DNA of 64,000 nucleotides from Candidatus Eiseniibacteriota bacterium (GCA_963717935.1 CAVQXP010000004.1:1984001-2048000), one strand, 5' to 3'. Shown: positions 20,708 through 35,532, counted from the stretch's first letter. Program-made: numbers and translations. The notes: a model not told the origin generated them from the letters alone.

Positions 20708-22246
20708 ATGTCCCTGCACGAGCTGATGCGCCAGCGCGAGGAGAAGCTCGCGCAGTGGCGGGCGCTGGGAGTGGCGCCGTACGCGTACCGGTACGAGCCG
20801 ACGCATCACGCGGCGGAGGTCCTGGCCTGGGGCGAGGCGGTGACCGCCGGAGCCCGGTCCGCGGGTGCGCGTGGCGGGCCGCGATCATGACCCTGCGCGG
20901 GCACGGCAAGGCGGGCTTCGCCCACCTGCTCGACGGCAGCGGACGTCTCCAGCTCTACTTCCGGGCGGACGCTCTGGGGGAGGGCTTCCGGCGCTACGAG
21001 CTGCTGGACGTGGGGGACTGGATCGGCGTGGAGGGTGCGGTCTTCCGCACCCGGACCGGCGAGATCACCGTGAAGGTCGAGACCGTCGAGTTGCTGGCCA
21101 AGTCCATGCGGCCGCTGCCCGAGAAGTGGCACGGGCTGCGGGACCCGGAGACCCGCTTCCGGCAGCGCTACGTGGACCTCTTCATGAACCTGGACGTGCG
21201 CGAGGTCTTCCGCCGCCGCGCGCGTCTGGTCTCGGCGATCCGCGCGTTCCTCGACGGGCAGCGGGTACCTCGAGGTCGAGACCCCGGTGCTCCAACCGCT
21301 CTACGGTGGCGCCTTCGCGCGCCCGTTCGTGACCGAGCACCACGCGCTCGGGATGCAGCTCTACCTGCGCATCTCGGACGAGCTGTACCTGAAGCGCCTG
21401 ATCGTGGGCGGGTTCGAGCGGGTCTACGAGTTCTCGCGCGACTTCCGCAACGAAGGGATGGACCGCTCGCACAACCCCGAGTTCACGCTGCTGGAGTACT
21501 ACCAGGCCTTCGCGGACGTGCACGACATGATGACCCTCACGGAGGGGCTCATCGGGCACGCCGTGCAGGCCGCCACGGGCGGGCTCGAGGTCGGCTGGCA
21601 GGGCCAGAGTCTCGACTTCAGCGGGCCATGGCCGCGGGTTTCCATGCTGGACGAGGTGGGACGCGCGGTGGGCGAGGATGTCTCCGCGCTGGACCCCGCG
21701 CAACTCGGGCGCCTGGCCGCGGCGCGCGGCATCGAGACCCGGCCGGGCACGGGCGCCGGCGGACTCCTGGACGCGCTCTTCAGTGAGTTGGTGCAACCGG
21801 GCCTGATGCGTCCCTGCTTCGTCGTGGACTTTCCGGCCGAGACTTCGCCGCTGGCGCGATCGAGCCGGGTACGCCCGGGCGTGGTCGAGCGCTTCGAGGT
21901 GTACGTCGGTGGCATGGAACTGGCGAACGCGTTCTCGGAGCAGAACGATCCGGCCGCCCAGCGGGCCGCCTTCGAGGCGCAGATGACCCGCCGCGCCGAG
22001 GGTGACGAGGAGGCGCAGATGATGGACCACGACTACGTGCGGGCGCTCGAGTACGGAATGCCGCCCACGGGCGGCGTCGGCATCGGGGTGGACCGCCTCG
22101 CGATGCTGGTCACCGATTCGCGCTCGATCCGCGACGTCATCCTCTTCCCGCAACTCGGGCCGGAGGAGGGGCTGGGCGAGCCGGGCGACGAGCATGAGGA
22201 GCCCGCCCCGCCCGACGGTGCCCCGGAAGAGGCCGGGCCCGGGTGA
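20708..22246 (+). CDS. lysS: Lysine--tRNA ligase, class II (frameshifts near 20855 and 21260)
   Basis: RGHGKAGF, PLPEKWHGL, RQRYVDL, YLRISDELYLKRL, FRNEG, HNPEFT, YGMPPTGGVGIGVDRL. Confidence 0.95.
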
Positions 22247-23482
22247 GACTCCCGTTGTGGATCGCGGTGCGCTACCTGCGCACGCGGCGGCAGAGCGGGT
22301 TCATCACCCTGCTCACCGGGATCTCGGTGGGTGGCGTGGCGGTCGGCGTGACGGCGCTGCTCACGGTGCTCGCCGTGATGAACGGCTTCGAGAACGAGGT
22401 GCAGACCCGCATCGCCGGCACCGACGCGCACGTCGTGCTGCTGGGGGAGACGGCCTCGGGCGTGGAGGGGGCGGAGGCGCTGGCGGCCGAGGTGGCCCGC
22501 CAGCCGGGCGTGGAGGGCGTCGCGCCATTCACCTACGCCAAGGCCATGGTGTTCCACGAGGGCCTCACCGAAGGGCTCATCGTGAAGGGCGTGGACCTGC
22601 GGGCGGAGCGCGGGGTGACGAGCGTGGGGCGCAACATCCGGCCGGCCCTCGACTCGATCCCGGTCCTCACCGCGGGCGGGTTCCCCGGCATCGTACTCGG
22701 GAACGAACTCGCGGGGCGGCTCGCCGCGCGGGTCGGCGACCGCGTGGTGCTGGCGATGCTGAGCGGGGGCGGGGCCTCGCCCCTCGGCTTCACGCCGCGC
22801 CTCAAGGAGTTCCGGGTCGTGGGGGTGTTCACCTCGGGGCTGTACACGTACGACTCCAGCCTCGGGTTCACGTCCATCCCGGCGTCGCAGGCGTTCTTCC
22901 AGTTGGGGGACGCCGTCACGGGCATCGAGGTCCGGATCAGCGACATGTTCGCCGCTCCCAGGGTGGCCGGGGAGTTGTTGCGCGCTGTCCACCGCCCGGG
23001 GCTGCGCGCCAACAACTGGATCGAGCTGAACCGGAACCTCTTCACCTGGATGAAGCTCGAGAAGACCGTGATGTTCGTGATCCTGGCCCTGATCGTGCTG
23101 GTGGCGGCGTTCAACATCGTCAGCACGCTCTTCATGGTGGTCATGGAGAAGCGTCGCGACATCGGCGTGCTGCGGTCGCTCGGCGCCCGGCGCGGCACCG
23201 TGCTGCAGGTGTTCCTGGCGGAGGGGCTGCTCATCGGGGGCCTGGGGACGGGGCTGGGCGCGCTGCTGGGGTCGGTGCTGATCGCGGCTGCTCAAGCGCT
23301 ATCCGTTCGTGCGGCTCCCGGGCGACGTCTACTTCATCGAGCGGCTGCCGGTCCGGCCCGAAGCGGGGGACTTCGTCTCCGTGATCGTGGCCGCGCTCGT
23401 CCTGTGCCTGGCCGCCGCCCTGTATCCGGCCTGGCGCGCCTCGCTGCTGGATCCGGTCGAAGCCATCCGGCGGCAGGGTTGA
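22243..23482 (+). CDS. Lipoprotein-releasing ABC transporter permease LolC/E (frameshift near 23287)
   Basis: AVRYL, VLAVMNGFE, VAAFNIVSTL, DIGVLRSLGA; shifted frame gives DVYFI...YPAWRASLLDPVEAIR. Confidence 0.9.
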
Positions 23483-23490
23483 GGGAGCCC

Positions 23491-24216
23491 ATGAGCGGGG
23501 CCGGTCCGGGCGCGGGAATCGCAGACACTGGCGGCGCTTCCCCGGTCCTGGTCGCCCGCGGCATCGACAAGGCCTACCAGACGGTCCGGGGCAGGCTCGA
23601 GGTCCTCAAGGGGCTGGATCTCGACGTGATGGGTGGCACGATCGTGGCTGTCCTCGGCGCCTCCGGCTCCGGAAAGAGTACTCTGCTGAACATCCTCGGG
23701 ACACTAGACGGGGCGGATGCGGGCATCTTGGAGATTCGTGGGTGGCGGGTGGACCCGCTCCGGGACGATCAGCTCGCGACCTTCCGGGCGCGGCGGCTGG
23801 GCTTCGTCTTCCAGTTCCACCATCTGCTGCCCGAGTTCAGCGCGGAGGAGAACGTGATGCTGCCCCTGCTCATCGCCGGGGAGCACCCCGGGCCGGCTCG
23901 CGAGCGGGCCCAGGCGGCACTGGCCGACGTGGGCCTGGCCGAGCGCTGGGACCATCGCCCGGCGCAGCTCTCGGGTGGCGAGGCGCAGCGCGTGGCCGTC
24001 GCCCGGGCGCTGGTGGCCGGGCCGGAGCTGGTGCTGGCGGACGAGCCCTCGGGCAACCTCGATCAGCGCTCGGCGGCGCAGTTGCACGAACTCATCGCGT
24101 CGCTGGCCCGCGAGCGCCGGCAGACGTTTGTTGTCGTGACGCACAATGATAGGCTCGCCGCGATCGCTGACCGGGTGCTGACGCTCGAAGGCGGGCGGCT
24201 CACAGGGACCTCGTAG
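23491..24216 (+). CDS. lolD: Lipoprotein-releasing ABC transporter ATP-binding protein
   Basis: GASGSGKST, GFVFQFHHLLPEF, LSGGE, LADEPSGNLD; follows lolC/E. Confidence 0.9.
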   Translation: MSGAGPGAGIADTGGASPVLVARGIDKAYQTVRGRLEVLKGLDLDVMGGTIVAVLGASGSGKSTLLNILGTLDGADAGILEIRGWRVDPLRDDQLATFRARRLGFVFQFHHLLPEFSAEENVMLPLLIAGEHPGPARERAQAALADVGLAERWDHRPAQLSGGEAQRVAVARALVAGPELVLADEPSGNLDQRSAAQLHELIASLARERRQTFVVVTHNDRLAAIADRVLTLEGGRLTGTS

Positions 24217-24226
24217 AGGGACACGG

Positions 24227-24751
24227 ATGCTCTGCCAGATCTGCGGCAAGAACCCCGCCACGGTGCACTTCACGGAGATCCACGACAACAAGATGTCGGA
24301 GATCCACGTGTGCGAGCGCTGCGCCGAGGAGAAGGGCCTGCACGCCACCTCGAAGAAGCAGCAGTTCGACATCGCCGACCTGCTGGTGAAGATGGTGGAC
24401 GATTCGACGGGCACCGAGGAGGAGCGCGTCGGGCACGTGCAGTGCCCGCGCTGCGGACTGCTGTACTCCGGGTTCCGCGAGACCGGGCGGCTGGGCTGCG
24501 CGGATTGCTACACGGCCTTCCAGTTCCAGCTGCGTCCGCTGCTCCGGCGCATCCACGGTGACACGCGCCACCGGGGCAAGCGCCCGGCGGGCGAGGGCGA
24601 GGGCGCGACGCGCTTCCGGCAGATCCAGCGCCTGCACGACGAGCTGCAGCGCGCGGTCGAGCGCGAGGAGTTCGAGCGCGCGGCGGTCCTCCGGGACGAG
24701 ATCCGTCAGCTGGAGCAGGAAACACGCGCGGGCGCGGAGGGCAAGCCATGA
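24227..24751 (+). CDS. mcsA: McsA, activator of protein-arginine kinase (CXXC motifs plus UVR domain)
   Basis: CQIC, CERC, CPRC, GRLGCADCY, HRGKRP, EEFERAAVLRDEI. Confidence 0.92.
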   Translation: MLCQICGKNPATVHFTEIHDNKMSEIHVCERCAEEKGLHATSKKQQFDIADLLVKMVDDSTGTEEERVGHVQCPRCGLLYSGFRETGRLGCADCYTAFQFQLRPLLRRIHGDTRHRGKRPAGEGEGATRFRQIQRLHDELQRAVEREEFERAAVLRDEIRQLEQETRAGAEGKP

Positions 24752-25842
24752 GCGAGCCGGACCGCCCGCCCGCCAGCTTCGACGAGCTCGTGGCGCGCCC
24801 GGCGCGCTGGCTCTCGGCCGAGGGCCCGCACGCCGACCTGGTGCTGTCGAGCCGCATCCGGCTCGCACGCAACCTGCGCAGCGTCCCCTTCACGCACCGC
24901 GCCCGCGAGGAGCAGCTCCAGGGGGTGCTGATGAGCGTGTCGAGTGCGGCGCAGCGCGGCCAGGGCTTTGCCGGCAGCCTGCTGCTGCGGATGGCGGACC
25001 TCTCGCCCCTCGAGCGCCAGGTGCTCGTCGAGCGGCACCTGGTCAGCCACGAGCTGGGCGATGGAGCGCGTCCCCGCGGCATCGTCGTCTCGCCCGAGGA
25101 GCGGCTTTCGCTCATGATCAACGAGGAGGACCACCTGCGGCTGCAGGCCATCGCGCCGGGCTTCCAGCTGACCGACGCGTGGGCCTCGGCCGACGGGGCC
25201 GACGAGGAGCTGGACCAGTCGCTGGACTTCGCCTTCTCCGAGGAGATCGGCTACCTGACCGCCTGCCCGACGAACGCCGGGACCGGGCTGCGGGCCTCGG
25301 TGCTCATCCATCTGCCGGCCCTCGTGCTGCTCGACGAGATCCAGCGCGTGCTGAAGAGCATCATGCAGGTGGGCCTCAACGTGCGCGGCCTGTACGGGGA
25401 GCACAGCGAGGTCATGGGCAATCTCTTCCAGATCTCGAACCAGACCACGCTGGGCCGCAGCGAGCGGGACTCGATCGAGATCCTGGAGCGCGTGACGCGG
25501 CAGATCATCGAGACCGAGGAGCAGGCGCGCGAGCGGATGATGCGCGACGCGCGCGTCCAGATCGAGGACAAGGTGTGGCGCGCGTACGGGACACTGCGCC
25601 ATTGCCGGACCATCCACTCGCGCGAGGTCATCAACCTTTGCTCGGCGGTGCGGCTCGGCGTGGCGCTCGAGCTGCCCGGGCTGTGCCCGCTGCACGTGAT
25701 CAACGAGCTGCTGGTGCTGACGCAGCCGGCGCACCTGCAGCGCGCCTACGGGGGCGAGCTCAGCCCCGCCGAACGTAACGTCTACCGCGCCCAGCTCGTG
25801 CGCGAGCGGCTGGCCGCCGCCGAGCCCGGGCGGTCCGCCTAG
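24748..25842 (+). CDS. mcsB: Protein-arginine kinase McsB
   Basis: SSRIRLARN, NEEDHLR, GYLTACPTNAGTGLRAS, FQISNQTTLG, QPAHLQ. Confidence 0.95.
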   Translation: MSEPDRPPASFDELVARPARWLSAEGPHADLVLSSRIRLARNLRSVPFTHRAREEQLQGVLMSVSSAAQRGQGFAGSLLLRMADLSPLERQVLVERHLVSHELGDGARPRGIVVSPEERLSLMINEEDHLRLQAIAPGFQLTDAWASADGADEELDQSLDFAFSEEIGYLTACPTNAGTGLRASVLIHLPALVLLDEIQRVLKSIMQVGLNVRGLYGEHSEVMGNLFQISNQTTLGRSERDSIEILERVTRQIIETEEQARERMMRDARVQIEDKVWRAYGTLRHCRTIHSREVINLCSAVRLGVALELPGLCPLHVINELLVLTQPAHLQRAYGGELSPAERNVYRAQLVRERLAAAEPGRSA

Positions 25843-25860
25843 AAGGGGAGTTCCCCGACC

Positions 25861-28353
<2,493 letters not shown>

Positions 28354-30804
28354 CGTTCTTCTCGCACTGGTCTTGCTCGCACTCCTGAGCCCAGGCGCGG
28401 CCCTCGCACAGGGTGCCGCAGGGCAGCAGGGGACCTCCGGGCCGGCGTTCGCGGCGGACGTGGACTCCGTCGCCCCGGCGCCGGACATCGAATACCGCGT
28501 CGGCGCCGTGCGCGTCCGCGGGAACACGCACACCGACAGCGTGCGCATCATCCGCACGTTCGACGTCCTGCCCGGCACCCGCTATGCCGACGACGCGGTG
28601 CGGCGGGGCATCCGCAAGCTCTTCGCCCTGGGGCTCTTCAGCGACGTCGCGGTGGACAAGGTCCCGGCCGGGGACCAGATGGACCTCATCATCGTCGTGG
28701 CGGAACGGCGCCGCATCGCGAAGATCGCGTTCACCGGGAACGAGAAGCGCAAGTCCGAGGACCTCGAGAAGAAGCTCATCCTGCACGTGGGCGAGGTCTA
28801 TTCGCCCGTGGTCGTCCAGAGCCAGGTGGACTCGCTGCTGAAGTACTACCGGGCGGAGGGGTTCTCGCGCGCCACGGTCGAGGCCGCCAGCGACACCGCG
28901 GCGGACGGGGGCCTGGATGTGCGCTTCGCCATCCAGGAGGGGGAGAAGGTGCGCATCGCGAGCATCGAATTCGCGGGCGCGCGGGCCTTCCCGGCCAAGA
29001 GGCTCCGCAAGCAGCTCAAGACGCATGCGAAGGGCTTCTTCGGCGGCGGCGAGGTCAAGGACGAGGAAGCGGCCGAAGACCAGGAGAAGCTCGAGCGCTT
29101 CTACCACGACCACGGCTACCGCGACATGCGCATGGTGGCGCGCGAGCTGAAGGAGACGGCCGACCCGCGCAAGCTCACGCTCCTGGTCACGGTGGAGGAA
29201 GGGCGGCTGTACCGGACAGGCACGGTGCGCTGGTCGGGCAACGAGGTCCTGACGGCGGCCGAGCTGGCCCCGCTCTGGCGGGTGAGACCCGGCGAGCGAT
29301 ACGACGCGTCGAAGATCGAGAAGGTGCAGGGACTGGCGTACGCGGAGTACGCGGAGAAGGGGTACCTCTACGTGGGAGTCGAACCGCAGGAGACGGTGCG
29401 GGACTCGAGCCTCGTGGACGTCACGTTCGCGCTCAGCGAGGGACGGCCCTCGAAGGTCCGGTACGTCAACATCTCCGGCAACAAGATGACCCGCGAGAAG
29501 GTGCTCCGGCGCGAGCTCGAACTGCACGAGGGGGACCGCTTCAAGCGCTCGGCGCTGATGCGCACCCAGGGAGAGCTCTCGCGGCTGGGCCTCTTCGAGG
29601 AGGTGCTGCCGGACTTCGCGCCGGCGGAGAGCACGGACGTGGACATCAACATCAAGGTGAAGGAGAGGCAGGTGGGCACCGCCTCGGCGGGCGCCGGGTA
29701 TACGGGCACGACCGGAGCCACCGGCTTCCTCGAGCTCGGGCACAACAACGTGCTCGGAAACGGGCAGAGCCTGGCGCTCCACCTCGAGCGCGGAAGCCGC
29801 CGCAGCGACTACTCCCTGAGCTTCACGGAGCCGTGGTTCCACGACAGCCCTACCCTGCTGGGCGTGTCGGCCTTCAACATGTCCACGGAGCTCGACCTGT
29901 ACAAGGAGGAGCGGCGCGGGGGCTCGGCCCGGATCGGGCGGCCGCTGCCCTGGCCGGACTACTCGCGCGGCTCGATCGGGTACAGCCTTGAGGACGTGAC
30001 CATCAGCCAGTTCGGCTCGACACTCTCGGGGCAGGACTCGATCGTGCTCGCGGGGATCGCGACGGGGCGGCCGGTGCGCACCAGCAGCGTCCTGCTGGAC
30101 TTCAGCCGGAACTCCACGGACAACGCCTTCTACCCGACACGGGGCACGCGGCTGACCTGGACCAGCGAGCTGGCCGGCGGGCCCTTCCTGGGCGCCGTGA
30201 ATTTCATCAAGAACCGCGTCGAGGGCCGGATCTACCTGCCGTCGTTCGCGAAGCATCTGACGACCATGGTCCGCGCGCGGGTGGGGGTGCTCGGCATCTG
30301 GGGGGGGCAGACCGGGGCGGTACCGCCCTACGAGCGGTTCCGGCTCGGCGGCGGCAGCGTGGCCGACCCGCTGCGCGGCTACGATGATTACATGGTCGTG
30401 CCGGAGAAGTTCATCCAGACGATCAGCACGCGGACGATCTCGGGAATCGACTCGACGACCACCCCGGGTGTTCTCGACACCACGTACAGCACTTACACCA
30501 GCAAGGTCCGCTACCCGGGCGGCCGCTACATGACCCTCTACAGCCTCGAGCAGCAGTTTCCGATTGTCGTGCCGCTGCGCGGTGTGGTCTTCTTCGACGC
30601 GGGCAACACCTGGGATCAGTGGGGGGAGATCCGGCCGTTCAAGCTCAAGCTGAGCGTCGGGCTCGGGTTCCGGATGGAGATTCCCATGCTCGGCAACATC
30701 GGCTTCGACTACGGCTACGGGTTCAACCGCGACGACGGACCGCGCGGGAAGGGGCACTTCCTGCTCGGCAACGTGAGCTTCTGACGAGGGATCCGGGAGA
30801 CGCC

Positions 30805-31368
30805 ATGATCTACCGCGCTTTTCTGCGTTCCGCCGGGGTGCCAGTGGCCGCCGCGCTGGCGCTCCTGGCGTTGAATGCCGCGCCGCTGCGCGCCGAGACC
30901 CGCTTCGGCTACATCGACTCGGGGCGCATCTTCATCGAGTACACGGCGGCCAAGGAGGCGCAGGCCCGCTTCGACCGCCAGGTGGAGGGCTGGCGCGACG
31001 ACGCCGCCGAGAAGGAGAAGCTCGTCAAGCAGCTGCGCGCCGAGGTGCGCGACCAGTCCCCCATCCTGTCGTCGCTGAGACGCCAGGAGAAGGAGGAGGC
31101 GCTGCAGAAGGCCATCAGCGACTACGAGCGCCTCATCCAGGACGTCTGGGGCCCGCAGGGGCAGGCGGCGCAGGAGAACGAGCGCGCGACGAACGAAGTG
31201 GTGCGGCAGATCCGCGCGGCGGTCGAGAAGGTCGCGGGGGAGAAGAGCCTGAATCTGGTCCTCGACGCCGCCAGCGGGTTCATCATCTACGCGGACAACA
31301 CGCTGGACCTGACCGGGGACGTTCTGGCGGAGCTCAACGCCAGGGCGCAGGGCGCGACGGGTCACTAG
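30805..31368 (+). CDS. skp: OmpH/Skp periplasmic chaperone
   Basis: Signal peptide, FGYIDSGRI, coiled coil, LVLD...YA...DLTGDVL; between bamA and lpxD. Confidence 0.9.
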   Translation: MIYRAFLRSAGVPVAAALALLALNAAPLRAETRFGYIDSGRIFIEYTAAKEAQARFDRQVEGWRDDAAEKEKLVKQLRAEVRDQSPILSSLRRQEKEEALQKAISDYERLIQDVWGPQGQAAQENERATNEVVRQIRAAVEKVAGEKSLNLVLDAASGFIIYADNTLDLTGDVLAELNARAQGATGH

Positions 31369-31381
31369 GGGGAGCGTGATC

Positions 31382-32433
31382 ATGGTCCTCAAGACGCTGG
31401 CGGAGTTGGCCGTCGAGTTGGGCGGTGTCGTGGTGGGGGATGGTGCGGTCGCGATTCGCGGGTGTCGCCGGGATCCGCGAGGCCCTGCCCGGGGACCTGA
31501 CCTTCCTGGCGAACGCGCGTTACGAGTCACACCTGGCGGAGACGCGGGCCTCCGCGGTGATCTGCGACCGGCAGCCCCGCGAATGCGCCATCCCGCGTGC
31601 TGCAGGTGGACAACCCGTACCTGGCCTTCCAGCAGGCGGTGCGCGTGTTCCGCCCCGACCTCTACCGGCCCGCCCCCGGGGTGCACGCGAGCGCCGTGAT
31701 CGCGCCGGACGCGATGCTCGGCGAGGGCGTCTCGATCGGACCGTACTGCGTGGTCGAGTCGGGCGCCCGACTCGGCGCGCACGCGGTCGTGATGGCGGGC
31801 GGGTACATCGGCGGGCGGGCCGAGGTGGGCGAGTCGAGCTTCCTCTACCCGCGCGTCGTGGTCCGCGAGGAATGCGTGATCGGCGCGCGCTGCATCCTCC
31901 ACGCCGGCGTGGTGATCGGCGCCGACGGGTTCGGCTTCGCGTTCGACGCCGGCCGCTACCACAAGGTCCCGCAGGTCGGCAACGTGGTGATCGGCGACGA
32001 CGTCGAGATCGGCGCCAACAGCTGCGTGGACCGCGCGACCACCGACAGTACGCGCATCGGCGACGGCACGAAGGTCGACAACCTCGTGCAGATCGGCCAC
32101 AACGTGAACATCGGCCGTCACTGCATCGTCGTCGCGCAGGTCGGCATCGCGGGCAGCACGGAGCTCGAGGACTACGTCACGCTGGGCGGGCAGGCGGGGA
32201 TCGCAGGACACCTGCGCATCGAGAAGGGCGCGGTCGTGGCCGCGCAGAGCGGGGTGAGCCGGAACGTGAAGTCGAAGGAGGTCGTCTCGGGTTACCCGGC
32301 CATCGCGCACGGGGCGTGGAAGCGCGTGAGCGTGCTGATGCAGAAGCTGCCGCAGCTCTTCCAGAAGACGAAGGAGCTCGAGCAGCGCGTCGAGACGCTC
32401 GAGCACCAGCGGGAGCGCGAGGTGGCGCGATGA
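31382..32433 (+). CDS. lpxD: UDP-3-O-acyl-glucosamine N-acyltransferase (frameshifts near 31462 and 31596)
   Basis: [15 protein letters not shown], hexapeptide repeats, [22 protein letters not shown]. Confidence 0.95.
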
Positions 32434-33752
32434 GCGGGCGCCTGCAGCAGACGCTCGCCCGGCCCGTGAGCCTGGCCGGGGTCGGCCTGCACACCGGCGA
32501 GCCGGGCCGCATCACGTTCCGCCCCGCGCCGGAGAACTCCGGCGTGCGCTTCGTTCGCACCGACCTGCCCGGTTCGCCGGCGGTGGACGTGCGCCCCGAG
32601 AACGCCACCTTCGATCCGCGGGCCGGGCGGCGGACCATCCTCCAGCAGGACGGCGTGCAGATCCACAGCATGGAGCACGTGCTCGCGGCGGTGGTCGGGC
32701 TGGGCGTCGACAACGTGGTGATCGAGAGCGACCGCATGGAGATCCCCGAGCCCGCCGACGGCAGCGCCCTGCCCATCGCGCAGACGCTGCTCTCCGCCGG
32801 CCTCGAGGTGCAGACGCGGCGCAGGCGGCACATCAAGGTCACGAAGCCCGTGCGCTGGAGGGAGGGCGACGTCGAGCTGACGGCGGTGCCGTTCGACGGC
32901 TGCCGCCTGAGCTTCACGATCGTCTACGACCACGCGCTGGTGGGCACGCAGAGCCTGACGCTGGACCTCGACCCCGAGACGTTCCTGCGGGAGATCGCTC
33001 CGGCGCGCACCTTCGTGCTGGAGCGGGATCTGGAGGAGTTGCGCCGCGCCGGGTGGATCAAGGGCGGCCGGCTCGAGAGCGCGCTGGTGATCGGCGCGGA
33101 CCGCATCCTGAATCCCGAGCCGCTGCGCTTCCCGGACGAGTTCGTGCGCCACAAGCTGCTCGACCTGCTGGGCGACCTCTTCCTGCTCGGCGCTCCCGTC
33201 CTCGGGCACGTCAGCGCCGTGCGCTCGGGACACGAGGGGCATGTCGCCTTCGTGAAGCTTCTCAAGGAGACGCTGCCGCTGCCGGGACGCCGGGAGGGCG
33301 GCCCCCCTGACGAGTGGGACATCACCTCCATCCTGGACCTCCTGCCGCACCGCTACCCGTTCCTGCTCGTGGACCGCATCACGACGCTCGAGGAAGGGTG
33401 CTTCATCGAGGGCGTGAAGAACGTCACCATCAACGAACCGTTCTTCCAGGGACATTTCCCCGGGCACCCCATCATGCCGGCGGTGCTCATCCTCGAGGCC
33501 ATGGCCCAGGTGGGCGGGCTGCTGCTGCTGCACTCGGTGGCTGATCCGAACGACAAGCTCATGTACTTCATGGCCATCGACGGCGCGAAGTTCCGGCGCC
33601 CGGTCACGCCCGGGGACCAGCTGCAGCTCAAGGTCACGATGGTCAAGCTCAAGAACCGCATCTCGAAGATGCGCGGGGAGGCCTACGTCGATGGGCAGCT
33701 CGTGGCGGAGGCGGAGCTGATGGCCACGGTCGTGGATCGGAGACGCGTGTGA
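32430..33752 (+). CDS. lpxC-fabZ: Bifunctional LpxC deacetylase / FabZ dehydratase
   Basis: [31 protein letters not shown], then [30 protein letters not shown] in one frame. Confidence 0.95.
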   Translation: MSGRLQQTLARPVSLAGVGLHTGEPGRITFRPAPENSGVRFVRTDLPGSPAVDVRPENATFDPRAGRRTILQQDGVQIHSMEHVLAAVVGLGVDNVVIESDRMEIPEPADGSALPIAQTLLSAGLEVQTRRRRHIKVTKPVRWREGDVELTAVPFDGCRLSFTIVYDHALVGTQSLTLDLDPETFLREIAPARTFVLERDLEELRRAGWIKGGRLESALVIGADRILNPEPLRFPDEFVRHKLLDLLGDLFLLGAPVLGHVSAVRSGHEGHVAFVKLLKETLPLPGRREGGPPDEWDITSILDLLPHRYPFLLVDRITTLEEGCFIEGVKNVTINEPFFQGHFPGHPIMPAVLILEAMAQVGGLLLLHSVADPNDKLMYFMAIDGAKFRRPVTPGDQLQLKVTMVKLKNRISKMRGEAYVDGQLVAEAELMATVVDRRRV

Positions 33753-34525
33753 GCGTGGCCGTCCATCCCTCCGCGATCGTCGAGGAGGGCGCGCGCCTGG
33801 GAGTGGATGTCACGATCGGTCCGGGCGCCATCATCGGGCCTCACGTGACCCTGGGGGATCGTACGCGCGTGGACAGCCACGCGCTGGTCACCGGGTGGAC
33901 GAGCGTGGGGCAGGACTCGCACGTGCACCACGGCGCGGTGCTGGGCACCGCACCCCAGGACCTGAAGTACGCCGGTGACGAGTCGTATCTCGAGGTGGGT
34001 GACCACGTCGTGGTGCGCGAGTTCGTGACCGCGAACCTCGCCTCCGACGCGGGGGCGACGACGCGGATCGGCAGCCACTGCATGCTCATGGCGTGCGCGC
34101 ACGTCGCCCACAACTGCGTGCTTGGCGAGCACGTCATCGTCGCCAACGCGGTGCTGTTCGCCGGTTACGTGACGGTCGAGGACTGGGCGATCGTGGGCGG
34201 CGGCACGCTCGTGCATCAGTTCACGCGCATCGGCCGCCACGCCATGCTCGGCGGCGGCACGCGCGTCACGCAGGACATCGCGCCGTTCATCAAGGTGGGC
34301 GGGTCGCCGCCGAGGCTGGGGGGGCTGAACCGCATCGGGCTCGAGCGGCGCGGTTTCACCCCGGCGACCTGTGACGCGCTCGACGGCGCGTACCGCCTGC
34401 TCTTCCGCCAGGGGCTCACCGTCGAGCGGGCGGCGGTCGAGATGCGCGCCGCCTTCCCGGGCGTGCCCGAGGTGGACTACCTGGCGCGTTTCGCCGAGAC
34501 GTCCGCGCGCGGGCTGACACGATGA
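33749..34525 (+). CDS. lpxA: UDP-N-acetylglucosamine acyltransferase
   Basis: HPSAIVE, PQDLKY, HVAHNC, VHQF, GLNRIGLERRG. Confidence 0.95.
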   Translation: MSVAVHPSAIVEEGARLGVDVTIGPGAIIGPHVTLGDRTRVDSHALVTGWTSVGQDSHVHHGAVLGTAPQDLKYAGDESYLEVGDHVVVREFVTANLASDAGATTRIGSHCMLMACAHVAHNCVLGEHVIVANAVLFAGYVTVEDWAIVGGGTLVHQFTRIGRHAMLGGGTRVTQDIAPFIKVGGSPPRLGGLNRIGLERRGFTPATCDALDGAYRLLFRQGLTVERAAVEMRAAFPGVPEVDYLARFAETSARGLTR

Positions 34526-35532
34526 GCGCGGCTGCGGTCCGGGCCGGCGTCTGGGGCGTGGGGGTCTGGGGGGAGAAGCACGCACGCGTCTATCACGCGC
34601 TGCCCGAGGCCGAGCTGGCCGGCGTGTATGACCACGATCCCGTGCGGGCCCGGGAGGTCGCGGTGCGCTACGGATGCCGGGCCTTCGAGAGCGGGGAGGA
34701 ACTGCTCGCGGCCTGCGATGCGGTCTCGATCGCCGTCCCGACGGTGGAGCACCGCGCGGTGGCCGAGCGCGCCGCGGCCGCCGGTCGTCACGCGCTCGTG
34801 GAGAAGCCGATGGCGGTGACGGTCGACGAGGCCAGTGCGATGATCGCCGCCGCCCGCCGCGCGCAGGTCGTGCTCCAGGTGGGCCAGGTCGAGCGCTTCA
34901 ATCCCGCTCTGCTGGCGGCGCGCCCCTACGTGCGCAGGCCGAAGTTCATCGAGGCCCACCGGCTCGCCGTGTTCCAGCCGCGCTCGCTCGACGTGGACGT
35001 CGTGTTCGACCTGATGATCCATGACCTCGACGCGGTGCTGGACGTGGTGGGAGCCTCGCCGTCGTCGGTCTCGGCCGTCGGGGTGGCGGTGCTCTCCGGG
35101 AGCGAGGACATCGCCAACGCCCGGATCGAGTTCGAGAGCGGTTGCGTGGCCAACCTCACGGCGAGCCGGGTCTCCCAGGACCGGCTGCGGCGCATCCGCT
35201 TCTTCCAGGGCGACGCGTACCTCTCGGTGGACCTGTTCGAGAAGACCTGCGACCTGCTGCAGGTGGATGTGGGGCGGCTGCGCGCGGTCGTCCAGCAGGG
35301 TGGGCCGGCGGAGGCCGGGCTCGCCGCCATCGAACGGCGGAGGCTCGAGGTCGCCCCGGGCGAGCCGCTCACCCTGGAGCTCCGGGCGTTCCTGCGCTCG
35401 CTGCGCGGGGAGGGCGCCGGGGCAGCGTCGGCCGAGGCCGGGTGCGCTGCGCTTGCGGTCGCGGCCGAGGTGCGCTCGGCCATGAAGTTGCGGGCGAGGC
35501 AGTGGGCGGATCGGTCGAGCGCCGGTTCCTGA
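34522..35532 (+). CDS. Gfo/Idh/MocA oxidoreductase, GnnA-like
   Basis: GVGVWG, VEKP, QVGQVERFNP, DVVFDLMIHD, DIANARIEF, TASRVS; located between lpxA and lpxB. Confidence 0.8.
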   Translation: MSAAAVRAGVWGVGVWGEKHARVYHALPEAELAGVYDHDPVRAREVAVRYGCRAFESGEELLAACDAVSIAVPTVEHRAVAERAAAAGRHALVEKPMAVTVDEASAMIAAARRAQVVLQVGQVERFNPALLAARPYVRRPKFIEAHRLAVFQPRSLDVDVVFDLMIHDLDAVLDVVGASPSSVSAVGVAVLSGSEDIANARIEFESGCVANLTASRVSQDRLRRIRFFQGDAYLSVDLFEKTCDLLQVDVGRLRAVVQQGGPAEAGLAAIERRRLEVAPGEPLTLELRAFLRSLRGEGAGAASAEAGCAALAVAAEVRSAMKLRARQWADRSSAGS

